From Thermodesulfobacteriota bacterium (GTDB taxonomy: Bacteria; Desulfobacterota; Desulfobulbia; Desulfobulbales; SURF-16): DNA of 64,000 nt. The stretch is taken from NCBI GenBank assembly GCA_049323935.1, contig JBMONN010000004.1, forward strand, positions 16,486-80,485. The letters are read 5' to 3'. Under the pieces are notes generated by a model, which saw nothing but the letters and a program-made list of their open reading frames with translations, was not told where the DNA came from and did not search any database. This document shows, piece after piece, positions 1 to 9,150 of the stretch. The translations under genes and the position numbers were made by a program. Numbering within the stretch: the first letter of the stretch is position 1; each line of letters starts with the position of its first letter.

Positions 1-489
1 CGGAATTTTGGCGTGGACCTCGGTCCAGGGTTTGCTGTAGTAATCCTTGCCCATCTCCGCCTCAAGCCTGGTCGCGTAGGGTGTCTTGCAGGTCAGGCAG
101 ACGCCGCCGGCTTTCAGTCGGGACGGGTCGATTTCGAGCTGATCCTTGATCATGTAGGCATGGCCGCGCGGCTCGTTGTATTCGACGCCGAAACCCCAGC
201 CGTTGAAGAGCAGGGCCATGTAGGGAAACTCGGAAAGCTTGTCGTAGGTGATGTTGTCGGCGTCAAAGCCCCGTTTGTACTTGCTCTTGCCCGGTTCGGT
301 GGGCTCTTCGGTCTTGCCCCACAGATCGTAGTGAACCGGATAGGCCTTGCCCCACTCGGCGGGATCGATCTCATCATCGGCGATCTTCACCGGCCGCACC
401 GCCTCGACCTTTTCCGGGGCATTGCAGCCGCTCATCAGCAGGCCGGCGGCAGCCAGCAGAACCAGAGACATTGCCAATTTTTTCTTCAT
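1..489 (-). CDS. nrfA: Cytochrome c nitrite reductase NrfA (pentahaem), N-terminal ~163 codons; gene continues past the left edge of the window
   Basis: The minus-strand frame is open from ATG (489-487) to position 1. It is missing from the ORF track only because it has no in-window stop. RBS GGGAGGAAAAT lies just upstream. Translation: MKKKLAMSLVLLAAAGLLMSGC... (signal peptide) ...YNEPRGHAYMIKDQ...GGVCLTCKTPYA. The CxxCK active-site haem motif is diagnostic of NrfA. The gene lies directly downstream of nrfH in the same orientation. Confidence 0.85.
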   Translation of the reverse strand, partial: MKKKLAMSLVLLAAAGLLMSGCNAPEKVEAVRPVKIADDEIDPAEWGKAYPVHYDLWGKTEEPTEPGKSKYKRGFDADNITYDKLSEFPYMALLFNGWGFGVEYNEPRGHAYMIKDQLEIDPSRLKAGGVCLTCKTPYATRLEAEMGKDYYSKPWTEVHAKIP

Positions 490-510
490 ATTTTCCTCCC
501 TCTTTGAGTT

Positions 511-580
511 GATGGCGTCGCAAAAAGTCTTTTTTTTTACCACAGAGCGCACAGAGAAAACTTTTAAAATTACAAATAGG
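511..580 (-). repeat. Truncated (half) copy of a ~130-bp MITE/REP-like palindromic intergenic element
   Basis: GATGGCGTCGCAAAAAGTCTTTTTTTTTACCACAGAGCGCACAGAGAAAAC matches the reverse complement of the right halves of the full copies at 31464-31597 and 56424-56552. Shared blocks are TTTTACG, the CACAGAG doublet and the A/T tract. Confidence 0.6.
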
Positions 581-593
581 GACCTCGAATCCC

Positions 594-1058
594 TCACAGG
601 GTCATGATCTGGCCGACGCCGCGATGGGCGATGCGCCGGTGACACTGCCAGCAGAGGCGCTGCTGGTCGATGTGGTCAACGGTGGTTTCATGGCAGCGGA
701 TGCAGTTGGCCTGCACCACCGCCCGGCCATGGTCGGTGATCTCGATCCGTTCCGGCACCTTGCCGGAATAGAAGGCAACGACGTCCTTCATGCCGTCGAT
801 GCTCTTCCAGACATAGTGGGCCGCGATGTTATGGTTGGGTAGATGGCAGTCAACGCACAACTGGCGGCGGTGGGCGCCGGCATGGGACCAGGCGTCATAC
901 TGGGCTTCCATGACATGGCAGCCGGCGCAGAAGTCGGGCGTCTCGGATTTTGCCAGCAATTTCGGCGGCCCCAGGGCCACGAACAGGCCGACGAAAACGG
1001 CGATGGCCAGGACGATCAGGATGGAGACGCCGATCCCCTTCCTCTTTGTGTTCCCCAT
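594..1058 (-). CDS. nrfH: NrfH, membrane-anchored tetrahaem cytochrome c quinol dehydrogenase (NapC/NirT family)
   Basis: 154 aa with an N-terminal TM helix (GIGVSILIVLAIAVFVGLFVAL). Four CxxCH motifs: CAGCH, CVDCH, CIRCH, CWQCH. Immediately upstream of nrfA on the same strand. Confidence 0.9.
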   Translation of the reverse strand: MGNTKRKGIGVSILIVLAIAVFVGLFVALGPPKLLAKSETPDFCAGCHVMEAQYDAWSHAGAHRRQLCVDCHLPNHNIAAHYVWKSIDGMKDVVAFYSGKVPERIEITDHGRAVVQANCIRCHETTVDHIDQQRLCWQCHRRIAHRGVGQIMTL

Positions 1059-1496
1059 AGGCGGACCTCCTTTGTCTCTGGTGAGTGGGGGTGAACGGAT
1101 GGTTGTGGTTATTTCTTTAGCAAGGGGTATGCCATAAAGATTTTTGTTGATATTCCATGATGATAAGTCAAATTTTTCCTGGGGGTGTTACGGATTGGTA
1201 GCGATTTGCGGGCCGATCTTGTTACCGTGTGGTAACTGCGCGGCAATGGAGATTCCCCGGCATCGGCGAAGAAGTGCGGGCAATTGCCCGGTGATCGTGT
1301 TATACTTTTTCTTTCGGTCGATCTTGCTGTTATCATTGTCTTTTCCGGCAATGGCCCCTGGCGGTTTGCCGCATTGGTCGGTCGGCGGAATCGGAGCGGA
1401 AGCTGATCTGCTTCATTGTAGGGGAAAAGGGGGGGCGCCGTCAGCATATTTTTTTTGTCAGATTTTTTTGCGAAACCCGGTGACAGGCTGCTACAG

Positions 1497-2456
1497 ATGG
1501 AGAACAGAAGCGCATTTACGGAACTGAGGAAGTGGCTGGAGGGACAGATTGTCGGCCAGGAGAGACTGGTGGAACGGCTGCTGATCGCCCTGCTCGCCGA
1601 TGGCCATCTGCTGGTGGAGGGGGCGCCCGGGCTGGCCAAGACCAAGGCGGTTAAGTGCCTGGCGGCAGGGATCGAGGCCGATTTTCACCGGATTCAGTTC
1701 ACTCCGGATCTGCTGCCCGGCGATGTGACCGGCACCGACATCTACCAGCCGGGCGCCGGCGAGTTTACCTTTCAACCCGGGCCGATCTTTCACAATATCG
1801 TCCTGGCCGATGAGGTGAACCGGGCCCCGGCCAAGGTGCAGTCCGCCCTGCTTGAGGCCATGGCTGAGCGGCAGGTCAGCATTGGCCGACAGACATACAC
1901 CCTGCCAGAACTGTTCCTGGTCATGGCGACCCAGAATCCCATCGAGCAGGAAGGCACCTACCCGCTGCCCGAGGCGCAACTTGATCGGTTTCTCATGCAC
2001 GTCAGGGTCGATTACCCGTCGGTGGCGGCGGAACGGGACATTCTCGCCCTGGCCCGTCAGGAGGCGGGCCGACAACGGCAGCGACCGGAAAGGGTCGTCA
2101 GTCAGGAGGAGATCCTCCTCGCCCGGCAGGAGGTGCTGGCCATCCATATGGCGGCGGCGGTGGAGGAGTATATCATCCAGCTGGTCATTGCCTCACGTAA
2201 TCCGGCTGACTATGGCGACCGTCTCGCCGGCTTGATCGACTACGGCGGCAGTCCCCGGGCGACCATCGCCCTCGATCGCTGCGCCCGGGCCGTTGCCTGG
2301 CTGCGGGGCCGCGATTTTGTCAGTCCGGATGACGTCCAGGAGGTGGTCCATGATGTTCTGCGCCACCGGCTCATCCTCAGTCTGGTCGCCGAGGCCGCCG
2401 GCACGACGCGGGACAGGGTCGTTGATCTGCTTTTGGAGCATGTCCCGGTGGTCTGA
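1497..2456 (+). CDS. MoxR-family AAA+ ATPase (first gene of Bat-type operon)
   Basis: Walker A GAPGLAKT, Walker B VLADEVNRAP, and the typical MoxR N-terminus ...IVGQERLVERLLIALLADGHLLVEG. The ORF track starts at a TTG (1455); the ATG at 1497 (MENRSAF...) gives a canonical length. Confidence 0.9.
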   Translation: MENRSAFTELRKWLEGQIVGQERLVERLLIALLADGHLLVEGAPGLAKTKAVKCLAAGIEADFHRIQFTPDLLPGDVTGTDIYQPGAGEFTFQPGPIFHNIVLADEVNRAPAKVQSALLEAMAERQVSIGRQTYTLPELFLVMATQNPIEQEGTYPLPEAQLDRFLMHVRVDYPSVAAERDILALARQEAGRQRQRPERVVSQEEILLARQEVLAIHMAAAVEEYIIQLVIASRNPADYGDRLAGLIDYGGSPRATIALDRCARAVAWLRGRDFVSPDDVQEVVHDVLRHRLILSLVAEAAGTTRDRVVDLLLEHVPVV

Positions 2457-2457
2457 G

Positions 2458-3393
2458 ATGACGGCGGAATTTTATGCTGGGCCGGAAAACGGCGCTTACT
2501 GCGGGCTGGAGGAGCTCATTCGTCTCCGTTTTGGGGCGCGCGGTCTTGCCTTCAGTCGCCAGCAGAAGGCCTTTGCCGCTCTCGTCGGGCCGCACCGGTC
2601 ACGCTTCCGCGGCCGCGGCGTCGAGTATGACGAGGTCCGGGTCTATCAGGCCGGGGATGACAGCCGGAACATGGAGTGGCGGGTGACGGCCCGCACCGGA
2701 ATTCCTCATACCAAGCTGTTCCGGGAGGAGCGGGAGCGGCCGGTTTTTCTGCTCGTTGACCAGTCGCTATCCATGTTCTTCGGCAGCAGACGTTGTTTCA
2801 AATCAGTGGCAGCGGCCCGGGCGGCGGCGCTGCTGGCCTGGGCCGCCCTCCACAACAATGACCGGGTGGGCGGTCTTGTCTTCAATGACACTGGGCAGGC
2901 TGAAGTCCGGCCACGACGCAGCATCCGCACCGTGTTGCGCCTGCTGCACGACATTTCCCTCTTCAACCGGCGACTGCGCCGGGGGAGTGGGCCGGCGGGC
3001 GGGGTGCTGGACCGGGCGCTGGAGGAAACCCGTCGGCTGCTCCGGCCCGGTTCCAATATTTTTGTCATCAGCGATTTCCAAGGGATGACCGCTGTCGGCG
3101 ACAGCCACCTCCAGCAGCTGCGCCGGCATAACGATATCAGCGTGGTGCTGGTCCGTGATCCCCTGGAGGAGCACCTGCCGTCCCCCGGCCTCTACCATGT
3201 TACCGACGGCGAGCGGCGGGCGCTGATCGACAGCCGCGCAGCAGAAATGCGACGGCGCTATGAAGACGCTTTCCAGGAAAAGGCGGCGGACGTTGCCCGG
3301 CGACTGACGGAGCTTGGCATTCCGCTGCTCCGGCTCTCCACCGAGGACTCGGCCGAGACTTTTTTTCGCCACGCCTTTGGGGGGAGAACATGA
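2458..3393 (+). CDS. DUF58 family protein (vWA-like, MoxR partner)
   Basis: ATG lies 1 nt after the MoxR stop. It carries the motif RGRGVEYDEVRVYQAGDDSRNMEWRVTART, characteristic of DUF58 proteins that follow MoxR. The upstream part of the 2293 ORF overlaps MoxR and is rejected. Confidence 0.8.
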   Translation: MTAEFYAGPENGAYCGLEELIRLRFGARGLAFSRQQKAFAALVGPHRSRFRGRGVEYDEVRVYQAGDDSRNMEWRVTARTGIPHTKLFREERERPVFLLVDQSLSMFFGSRRCFKSVAAARAAALLAWAALHNNDRVGGLVFNDTGQAEVRPRRSIRTVLRLLHDISLFNRRLRRGSGPAGGVLDRALEETRRLLRPGSNIFVISDFQGMTAVGDSHLQQLRRHNDISVVLVRDPLEEHLPSPGLYHVTDGERRALIDSRAAEMRRRYEDAFQEKAADVARRLTELGIPLLRLSTEDSAETFFRHAFGGRT

Positions 3394-3854
3394 ACCCGGA
3401 TCCCCTTGCCGCCCTGCGTGACATCCATCTGCCGGCGCCGGTCTGCCCGTGGCCACCGGCGCCGGGCTGGTGGATCGTCGGCCTGCTCGGTGTTGCTCTG
3501 CTCATCGGCTCATTCGTTCGCGGACGCCGATGGCGCCGGCGGACGGCCTACCGGTGGGCAGCGTTGCGCGAATTGCAGCGACTGGCCGACAACCCGGATC
3601 ATCGCCTGGTTGTTGAAGAGATGGCGGCGCTGGTCAAGCGCGTGGCGATTGCCGGTTTCGGGCCTCAGCAGGTGGCCCGGCTGACCGGGGAAGAGTGGCT
3701 GCGTTTTCTCGATCGCACCGGCAGGACGGACCAATTCACCGTCGGACCGGGGCGGGCCCTGGGGGAAGACCGTTACCGTCGCGCCGGCGCCGCGGATGTG
3801 AAAACGCTCCGGCGCCTTGTCGGCCGCTGGATTCGGGAGCACCGGCGATGCTGA
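3390..3854 (+). CDS. DUF4381-like small membrane protein
   Basis: The start overlaps the DUF58 stop. N-terminus LRDIHLPAPVCPWPPAPGWWIVGLLGVALLI (one TM helix), at the conserved position between DUF58 and BatA in Bat operons. Confidence 0.6.
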   Translation: MNPDPLAALRDIHLPAPVCPWPPAPGWWIVGLLGVALLIGSFVRGRRWRRRTAYRWAALRELQRLADNPDHRLVVEEMAALVKRVAIAGFGPQQVARLTGEEWLRFLDRTGRTDQFTVGPGRALGEDRYRRAGAADVKTLRRLVGRWIREHRRC

Positions 3855-4852
3855 GCTTTCTTTGGCCCTGGGCGTTTGTGCTGCTGCCTGCTCCGCTTGT
3901 CGTCTACCTGGTTGTGCCGCGGGCCGTGCGGCCGGAGGCGGCACTGTGGGCCCCTTTTTTTGCGGAAATAGCACGGTTTTCCAGTCAGGGACAAGCGGGG
4001 AGGGCAAAGCCGGCCCTGACCCTGGCGCTTGTCGGCATCTGGCTGCTGCTCATTCTCGCCCTGGCCCGGCCGCAATGGATCGGTGAGCCGCTCTTCATGC
4101 CGGTTTCCGGTCGTGATCTGCTGCTGGCGGTGGATATTTCCGGCAGCATGGCCGAGGAGGATCTGGCGGTCAACGGCCGCCAGGTTGCACGCATCGATCT
4201 GGTCAAGGAGGTGCTGCATGCGTTTCTCGAACGGCGAATCGGCGATCGGGTTGGCCTCATCCTCTTCGGCACCGAGGCCCATGTCCGTTCGCCCCTCACC
4301 TTTGACCGGCGAACGGTGAAAAAACTGCTGGATGAGGCACAGATCGGCTTTGCCGGCCAGAAAACTTCCATCGGCGACGCCATCATGCTGGCGGTGAAAC
4401 GGCTGCGGGAGCGACCAGCCACGAGCCGGGTGCTCATCCTCCTCACCGACGGCAGCAATACAGCAGGCAATGTCGCACCCCGGCAGGCGGCAGAGCTTGC
4501 CGCCCGCAGCGGCATGACGATTTATGCGGTCGGTGTTGGTGCGGATGAGCGCATCGTCCGCGATCTTTTCGGCACCCATCGGGTCAGGGGCGGAGGAGAT
4601 CTTGACGAGGAGCTGCTGCGGGAGATGGCGACAGTCACCGGTGGCCGCTACTTCCGGGCCCGGCAGGGCGAGGAGCTGCACGAGATTTACCGGCAGATCG
4701 ACCTGCTGGAACCGGCGGTGCAGGAAGAGGAGGTTGTCCGGGTGATCCGGGGACTGTTTCATTGGCCCCTTGGCGCCGCCCTGCTCCTCAGTTTTCTGCT
4801 GGCCCTGCATTCCCTGCCGCGGCACCGCCCGGCAACGGTCAAGGGGGGATGA
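3848..4852 (+). CDS. batA: BatA-like vWA-domain membrane protein
   Basis: The start ATG overlaps the upstream stop (ATGCTGA). N-terminal TM helices (MLSFLWPWAFVLLPAPLVVYLV). vWA MIDAS motif LLLAVDISGSM, ...LLTDGSNTAG. C-terminal TM helix. Confidence 0.8.
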   Translation: MLSFLWPWAFVLLPAPLVVYLVVPRAVRPEAALWAPFFAEIARFSSQGQAGRAKPALTLALVGIWLLLILALARPQWIGEPLFMPVSGRDLLLAVDISGSMAEEDLAVNGRQVARIDLVKEVLHAFLERRIGDRVGLILFGTEAHVRSPLTFDRRTVKKLLDEAQIGFAGQKTSIGDAIMLAVKRLRERPATSRVLILLTDGSNTAGNVAPRQAAELAARSGMTIYAVGVGADERIVRDLFGTHRVRGGGDLDEELLREMATVTGGRYFRARQGEELHEIYRQIDLLEPAVQEEEVVRVIRGLFHWPLGAALLLSFLLALHSLPRHRPATVKGG

Positions 4853-4855
4853 GCG

Positions 4856-6679
4856 ATGGCGGCGTTCTGGCACGATTTTCATTTGCTGCGACCATGGTGG
4901 TTGCTGGCGCTTTTGCCGGCGCTGGTGCTGACCCTGGCGCTGCGGCGACGCCACACCGGCTGCGGACCGTGGAGTCGGGTCGTTGATGCCGCTCTGTTGC
5001 CCTATCTGCTCGATGAGGACCGACCGGCGGGACGAGGTTGGCCGCTGTCGTTTCTGCTGGCGGCCTGGATTGCCGCCACTTTCGGTCTGGCTGGCCCGGC
5101 CTGGCAGAAATTGCCCCAGCCGGTCGGCAAAAGCGCGGATGCCCTCGTTCTCATCCTTGATCTGTCGTTGTCGATGTATGCCGAGGATCTGAAACCGAAC
5201 AGATTGACCTGGGCGCAGCGCAAGCTGACCGATATTCTGCGCTGGCGCCAAGAGGGATCGACCGCGCTGATCGTCTATTCCGGTCAGGCCCACATCGTCA
5301 CCCCCCTGACCGAGGATGCCAACACCATCCTGGCCATGGTGCCGGCCCTGGCGCCGGAGATCATGCCGGTCTATGGCAGCAACGTCGAGGAGGCGATGGC
5401 CCGGGCCCTGGATTTGCTGGCGGAGGCCGGCCCGGGGAGCAAGGATATCCTCCTCCTGACCGATGAGGTGGACAGAGAGGAGGTCGGCGCGGTTGCCGAT
5501 CTCCTTGCCGGCCGCGAGGTGCGGCTCTCCGTGATCGGGATCGGTACCACGGCAGGGGCGCCGGTGTTGTTGCCCAACGGCGAATTTTTACGGGACAGGG
5601 CGGGCGCGGTGGTGGTGCCGCGGCTGGAGGACGCCCTCTTGGCGGAAATGGCAGCGGACAACCAGGGTGGTTATCGCGACATCAGCCTGACCGATGAGGA
5701 CTTCCGCTCCCTGTTGACGGCGGGAGGCGGCGTGATCAGTCAGCCGGAAAAGGGCCGCGGCGAACGCTTCACCGATCAGTGGCAGGATCAGGGCTTCTGG
5801 CTGCTTTTTCTGGTCATTCCGGCGGCCCTTGCCGCTTTCCGCCGCGGCTGGCTGCTGGTCCTGCTCCTGCTCTTCTTATCCGCCGGAGAGAAGGCACAGG
5901 CCGCTTCCTGGGATGATCTCTGGTGGACCGGCGAACAGCAGGCGGCGCGGGCCTTTGCCGGCGGTGATTACGCCGGTGCCGCTGCCCGTTTTGTCGCGCC
6001 CGCCTGGAAGGGGGCCGCGGCCTATCGGTCCGGCAGTTTCGCCGAGGCGGCCGTCGCCTTCAGCGCCGACGACACCGCCGACGGTCATTACAACCGCGGC
6101 AACAGCCTGGCCCGCCTCGGTCGCTATGACGAGGCCATTGCCGCCTACGAAGAGGCCCTGGCCCGCAATCCCGATCATGAGGACGCCCGTTTCAACCGGG
6201 AGCTGGTCGCCGGCCTGCGCCGCCAGCAGGACCGGCAGCAACAACGGCAGGACGAGCGGGCGACGGCGGGAGAGCCGTCGCCCTCCCAGACCGGCGGCCA
6301 GGAAAAGGGGATGCAGCAGGACCAGGGCAATGCGTCGTCGTCGCCGCAACCCCAGGAGCAAGAAGCGGCCGCTGCCGCGGCTGCACCGTCTGCGGGCGGG
6401 GCGGGACAGACGGAAGGGGGACTGCATGAAGCAGCGGCCAGCAAACAGGATGGAAAAATAGCGGACACGGCGGAGGCGGCCGAGCAGAGAGAGCGGAAAG
6501 GACAACCCGTTATTGAGGATTCCGCTGACCCCGGAGCCGAGGAAGAAGAGCAGGAGCTGGTCCAGCTGCTGCGCCAGGTGCCGGAAAATCCCGGTGGTCT
6601 GCTGCGCCGGAAATTCGCCTTTGAGGCCAGGCAGAACGGCGGGCCGCGGGTGAATGATGAGAAGGGGAAATTCTGGTAA
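4856..6679 (+). CDS. batB: BatB-like vWA + TPR protein
   Basis: N-terminal TM helices and a vWA-like segment (LVLILDLSLSMYAED, LLLTDE). TPR (YNRGNSLARLGRYDEAIAAYEEALARNPDHEDARFN). Gln/Glu/Ala-rich low-complexity tail. Confidence 0.75.
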   Translation: MAAFWHDFHLLRPWWLLALLPALVLTLALRRRHTGCGPWSRVVDAALLPYLLDEDRPAGRGWPLSFLLAAWIAATFGLAGPAWQKLPQPVGKSADALVLILDLSLSMYAEDLKPNRLTWAQRKLTDILRWRQEGSTALIVYSGQAHIVTPLTEDANTILAMVPALAPEIMPVYGSNVEEAMARALDLLAEAGPGSKDILLLTDEVDREEVGAVADLLAGREVRLSVIGIGTTAGAPVLLPNGEFLRDRAGAVVVPRLEDALLAEMAADNQGGYRDISLTDEDFRSLLTAGGGVISQPEKGRGERFTDQWQDQGFWLLFLVIPAALAAFRRGWLLVLLLLFLSAGEKAQAASWDDLWWTGEQQAARAFAGGDYAGAAARFVAPAWKGAAAYRSGSFAEAAVAFSADDTADGHYNRGNSLARLGRYDEAIAAYEEALARNPDHEDARFNRELVAGLRRQQDRQQQRQDERATAGEPSPSQTGGQEKGMQQDQGNASSSPQPQEQEAAAAAAAPSAGGAGQTEGGLHEAAASKQDGKIADTAEAAEQRERKGQPVIEDSADPGAEEEEQELVQLLRQVPENPGGLLRRKFAFEARQNGGPRVNDEKGKFW

Positions 6680-8427
6680 TGCGTCCCGTCTGGCTGTTCA
6701 TTGTCCTGTTCTGGTTGATTGGTTTCCTGCTGCCGGCCGGGGCTCGGGCCGCTGCTTCCGCCGCGGTGGACCGGGACCGGCTTGCCCTGGATGAAACCCT
6801 GACGCTTACCATTAGCCGGGAAGGCGGCCTTTTTTCCTCCCTCGATCTGGCCGGGCTGGAAGAGGACTTCACCGTGCTGGGCCAGAACCGGGGCAGCAGT
6901 ACCCGCATCCTCAACGGCCAGGCCGCCACCGAAACCACCGTCCAGCTCGTCCTCTCTCCCCGCCGGGCCGGGACCCTGACCATCCCGCCCCTCGACCTGG
7001 GCGGGGAAAAAACCCCGGTTATCACCGTCCAGGTCGACAAAGAGGCGGCGCCGGACCCTGGGGCTGCCGGCCAGGCCCTGTTTGTTGAAGCAACGGTTGA
7101 CGCCCCGTCGGTCATGGTCCAGGGCCAGCTCCTCTTCACCGTGCGGATTTACGCGGCCGCCGGAGTCGAGGTCCTCGATCCCGGCCCACCGCAGCCGCCA
7201 GACGCCGTGGTCGAACCCCTTGAGCCCGTTGCCTATGAGAAAAAAATAAACGGGGCGAGCTATCGCGTCTTTGAACTTCGCTCTGTCCTTTTCCCGCAGA
7301 AAAGCGGGAGTCTGGCCATTGCGGGGATGCTTGTGCAGGCCAGGGTGACCCGTCCGCAGCGGTCCCGCAGTTTTTTTGAGCCGACCGCCGGCACGGAGAC
7401 GATCAGCCGGCGCACGGCGCCGCTCACGATTACCGTGCTGCCGCAATCGCCCGACTATCCGGCTGGGGCGACCTGGCTGCCGGCCGCAGAGGTGACGGTG
7501 ACCGAAAAATGGAGCCGGCCGCCTGCCGAACTGCGGGTTGGCGACGCGGTGACCGTCACCATCGACCTGACCGCCGTCGGGGCGCGGGCCGGGCAACTCC
7601 CTCCCGTTGGTCTGCCGGCGGTTGACGGCCTCAAGCTCTATCCGGGCAAAGCAGAGACGGAGAACCGTTTCTCGGCAGGCGGCATCGTCGGCAGCCGCCG
7701 GGAAACCGTGGTGCTGGTTCCGTCCCGGCCCGGCGTCTTTCCCCTGCCGGAGCAGCGGATTGCCTGGTGGAACACGAAAAAATCGGCCGTGGAGTATGCC
7801 GTCATCCCTGACCGGGAACTGCGGGTGGTGCCAGGAGCGGAGAGCCAGGCCGTTGTCGGGGACAACGCGGTCCGGCCGGGTGACGAAGGACGATCCGCCG
7901 CCCCGCCTTTCGCCGGCGAGGCGGAGAGGCCGGCAGATCGTCGCTGGATGCTGGCCTGCGCACTGCTCTCCATTGCCTGGCTTGTCACCCTGCTGCTGCT
8001 TTTCCGCCTGCACCGCCGTCTGGTGCGCCGCCCGACCCCGGAGGCCAGTGGCAACAAGAGGGAGCGATCGTCGCGGGAGCGCGAGGCCTTTGCCTCTCTG
8101 GCTGCTGCCTGCCGGGACAATGATCCCCAGGCGGCGCGCCAGGCCCTGCTGGCCTGGCTCCGGATCAGCAGGCCCGACCAGAAGGTCAGCACCCTGACCG
8201 ATATCGGCCTGTTGGTGCCGGAGAAAAGACTGCATTGTCTGCTGGAGGAAATGGACGCAATCCTTTACAGTAAAGATGGGACAACCGGCGGCTGGCGGGG
8301 TGACGAGCTGCTGGCCGCGGTGCGCCGGCTGCGCGATGAGGGCAAAAGGGGCACAAACCGGGAGAGTGCGCTGCCTCCCCTCTATCCCCGGCGCGATGCG
8401 GCGGAGCAGGAAGGGCGAACGAAATGA
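6679..8427 (+). CDS. batD: BatD-like (oxygen-tolerance family) protein
   Basis: The start overlaps the batB stop. Signal peptide (MRPVWLFIVLFWLIGFLLPAGARAAAS), a long beta-rich ectodomain and one TM helix near the C-terminus (WMLACALLSIAWLVTLLLLF). Its position in the operon matches BatD. Confidence 0.65.
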   Translation: MRPVWLFIVLFWLIGFLLPAGARAAASAAVDRDRLALDETLTLTISREGGLFSSLDLAGLEEDFTVLGQNRGSSTRILNGQAATETTVQLVLSPRRAGTLTIPPLDLGGEKTPVITVQVDKEAAPDPGAAGQALFVEATVDAPSVMVQGQLLFTVRIYAAAGVEVLDPGPPQPPDAVVEPLEPVAYEKKINGASYRVFELRSVLFPQKSGSLAIAGMLVQARVTRPQRSRSFFEPTAGTETISRRTAPLTITVLPQSPDYPAGATWLPAAEVTVTEKWSRPPAELRVGDAVTVTIDLTAVGARAGQLPPVGLPAVDGLKLYPGKAETENRFSAGGIVGSRRETVVLVPSRPGVFPLPEQRIAWWNTKKSAVEYAVIPDRELRVVPGAESQAVVGDNAVRPGDEGRSAAPPFAGEAERPADRRWMLACALLSIAWLVTLLLLFRLHRRLVRRPTPEASGNKRERSSREREAFASLAAACRDNDPQAARQALLAWLRISRPDQKVSTLTDIGLLVPEKRLHCLLEEMDAILYSKDGTTGGWRGDELLAAVRRLRDEGKRGTNRESALPPLYPRRDAAEQEGRTK

Positions 8428-8476
8428 AAAGCGGGAGGCGGCACGTGAGGCGCACGGCAAACGGTTGGCGGCGACG

Positions 8477-9133
8477 ATGAGACTCTTTTGGCGGATTTTT
8501 TTGATCATCCTGCTGCTGGCGGCCCTGTTTCTCATCCAGTTCGTCCTCTTCGGCGCCGAATTCGAGCTGCTCTTCAACCAGGAGGCGTGCCGGCAGTGGT
8601 TCGCGGCAATGAAGGCCTGGGGCTGGCTGGCCGGTATCGGCCTGCTGGTGACCGATCTCCTCCTGCCGGTACCCGCCACCGGCATCATGGCTGGCCTCGG
8701 CGCGGTTTACGGCTTCGGGATCGGACTGGCGTGCAGTGTCATCGGTTCGACCGGCGCCGGCATCGTCGGCTATGCGGTGGCCCGTTACGCCGGCCGGAAG
8801 GCGCTCCATCGCCTGGCCTCGGCAGAGGAGCTGGCGCGTTTTCACTCTTTTTTTGAGCAGTGGGGCGGTCTGGCCATCATTGCCAGCCGGATGCTGCCGA
8901 TGCTGCCCGAGGTCGTGACGATTCTGGCCGGGCTGGCGCGGATGGCCTGGGGAAGATTTCTCTTTTCCCTGCTGCTCGGCACGGTGCCGACCGCCGCCCT
9001 CTTTGTCTGGATCGGCGTCTCCTCCCGGCAGGCGCCGGGCTATGGGCTGGTGCTTGCAGTGCTGCTGCCGCTCGCCCTCTGGCCGCTTGCCGCCAGGTTG
9101 CTGCCGCCGCCGGCTCCTGTCGGCGAAAAGTAG
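8477..9133 (+). CDS. TVP38/TMEM64 (DedA-related, SNARE-associated) family membrane protein
   Basis: MRLFWRIFLIILLLAALFLI..., with multiple TM helices. Typical family segments: LLPVPATGIMAGLGAVYG, GYAVARYAGRKAL, and RMLPMLPEVVTILAGLARM. The upstream part of the 8276 ORF overlaps batD. Confidence 0.75.
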   Translation: MRLFWRIFLIILLLAALFLIQFVLFGAEFELLFNQEACRQWFAAMKAWGWLAGIGLLVTDLLLPVPATGIMAGLGAVYGFGIGLACSVIGSTGAGIVGYAVARYAGRKALHRLASAEELARFHSFFEQWGGLAIIASRMLPMLPEVVTILAGLARMAWGRFLFSLLLGTVPTAALFVWIGVSSRQAPGYGLVLAVLLPLALWPLAARLLPPPAPVGEK

Positions 9134-9150
9134 GGTGTCTGCCCCCCCTG

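Noticed and set aside
13-507. 164-aa plus-strand ORF at the left edge
   Set aside because: Its composition is Gly/Ala/Arg-rich and motif-free. The opposite strand encodes a clean NrfA N-terminus with a signal peptide, an RBS and a CxxCK haem motif, so the plus-strand ORF is a GC-driven shadow.
6175-8688. 837-aa minus-strand ORF, together with many similar long antisense ORFs: 3773-5293, 9040-10494, 10428-12047, 12780-14336, 16118-17953, 26849-28351, 32035-33942, 36142-37872, 37661-39145, 49776-51614, 51391-53112, 54518-55795, 57542-59380 and 59374-62160
   Set aside because: All lie antisense to, or out of frame with, genes that carry unambiguous family motifs. They are Arg/Gly/Pro/Ala-rich with no recognisable motifs, which is the typical stop-codon-poor shadow frame of high-GC DNA.
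8860-9150. N-terminal extensions of several track ORFs: 8860 for the kinase, 10413 for the RR, 2293 for DUF58, 3695 for BatA, 8276 for TVP38, 18150 and 22968 for the PDZ proteins, 32977 for EchA, 35711 for EchC, and 40327-42036 for the ankyrin protein
   Set aside because: The extensions overlap the preceding gene or a terminator hairpin and are Arg/Pro/Gly-rich. Internal ATG or GTG codons with RBS-like sequences or ATGA coupling give proteins starting with proper signal peptides or family N-termini.
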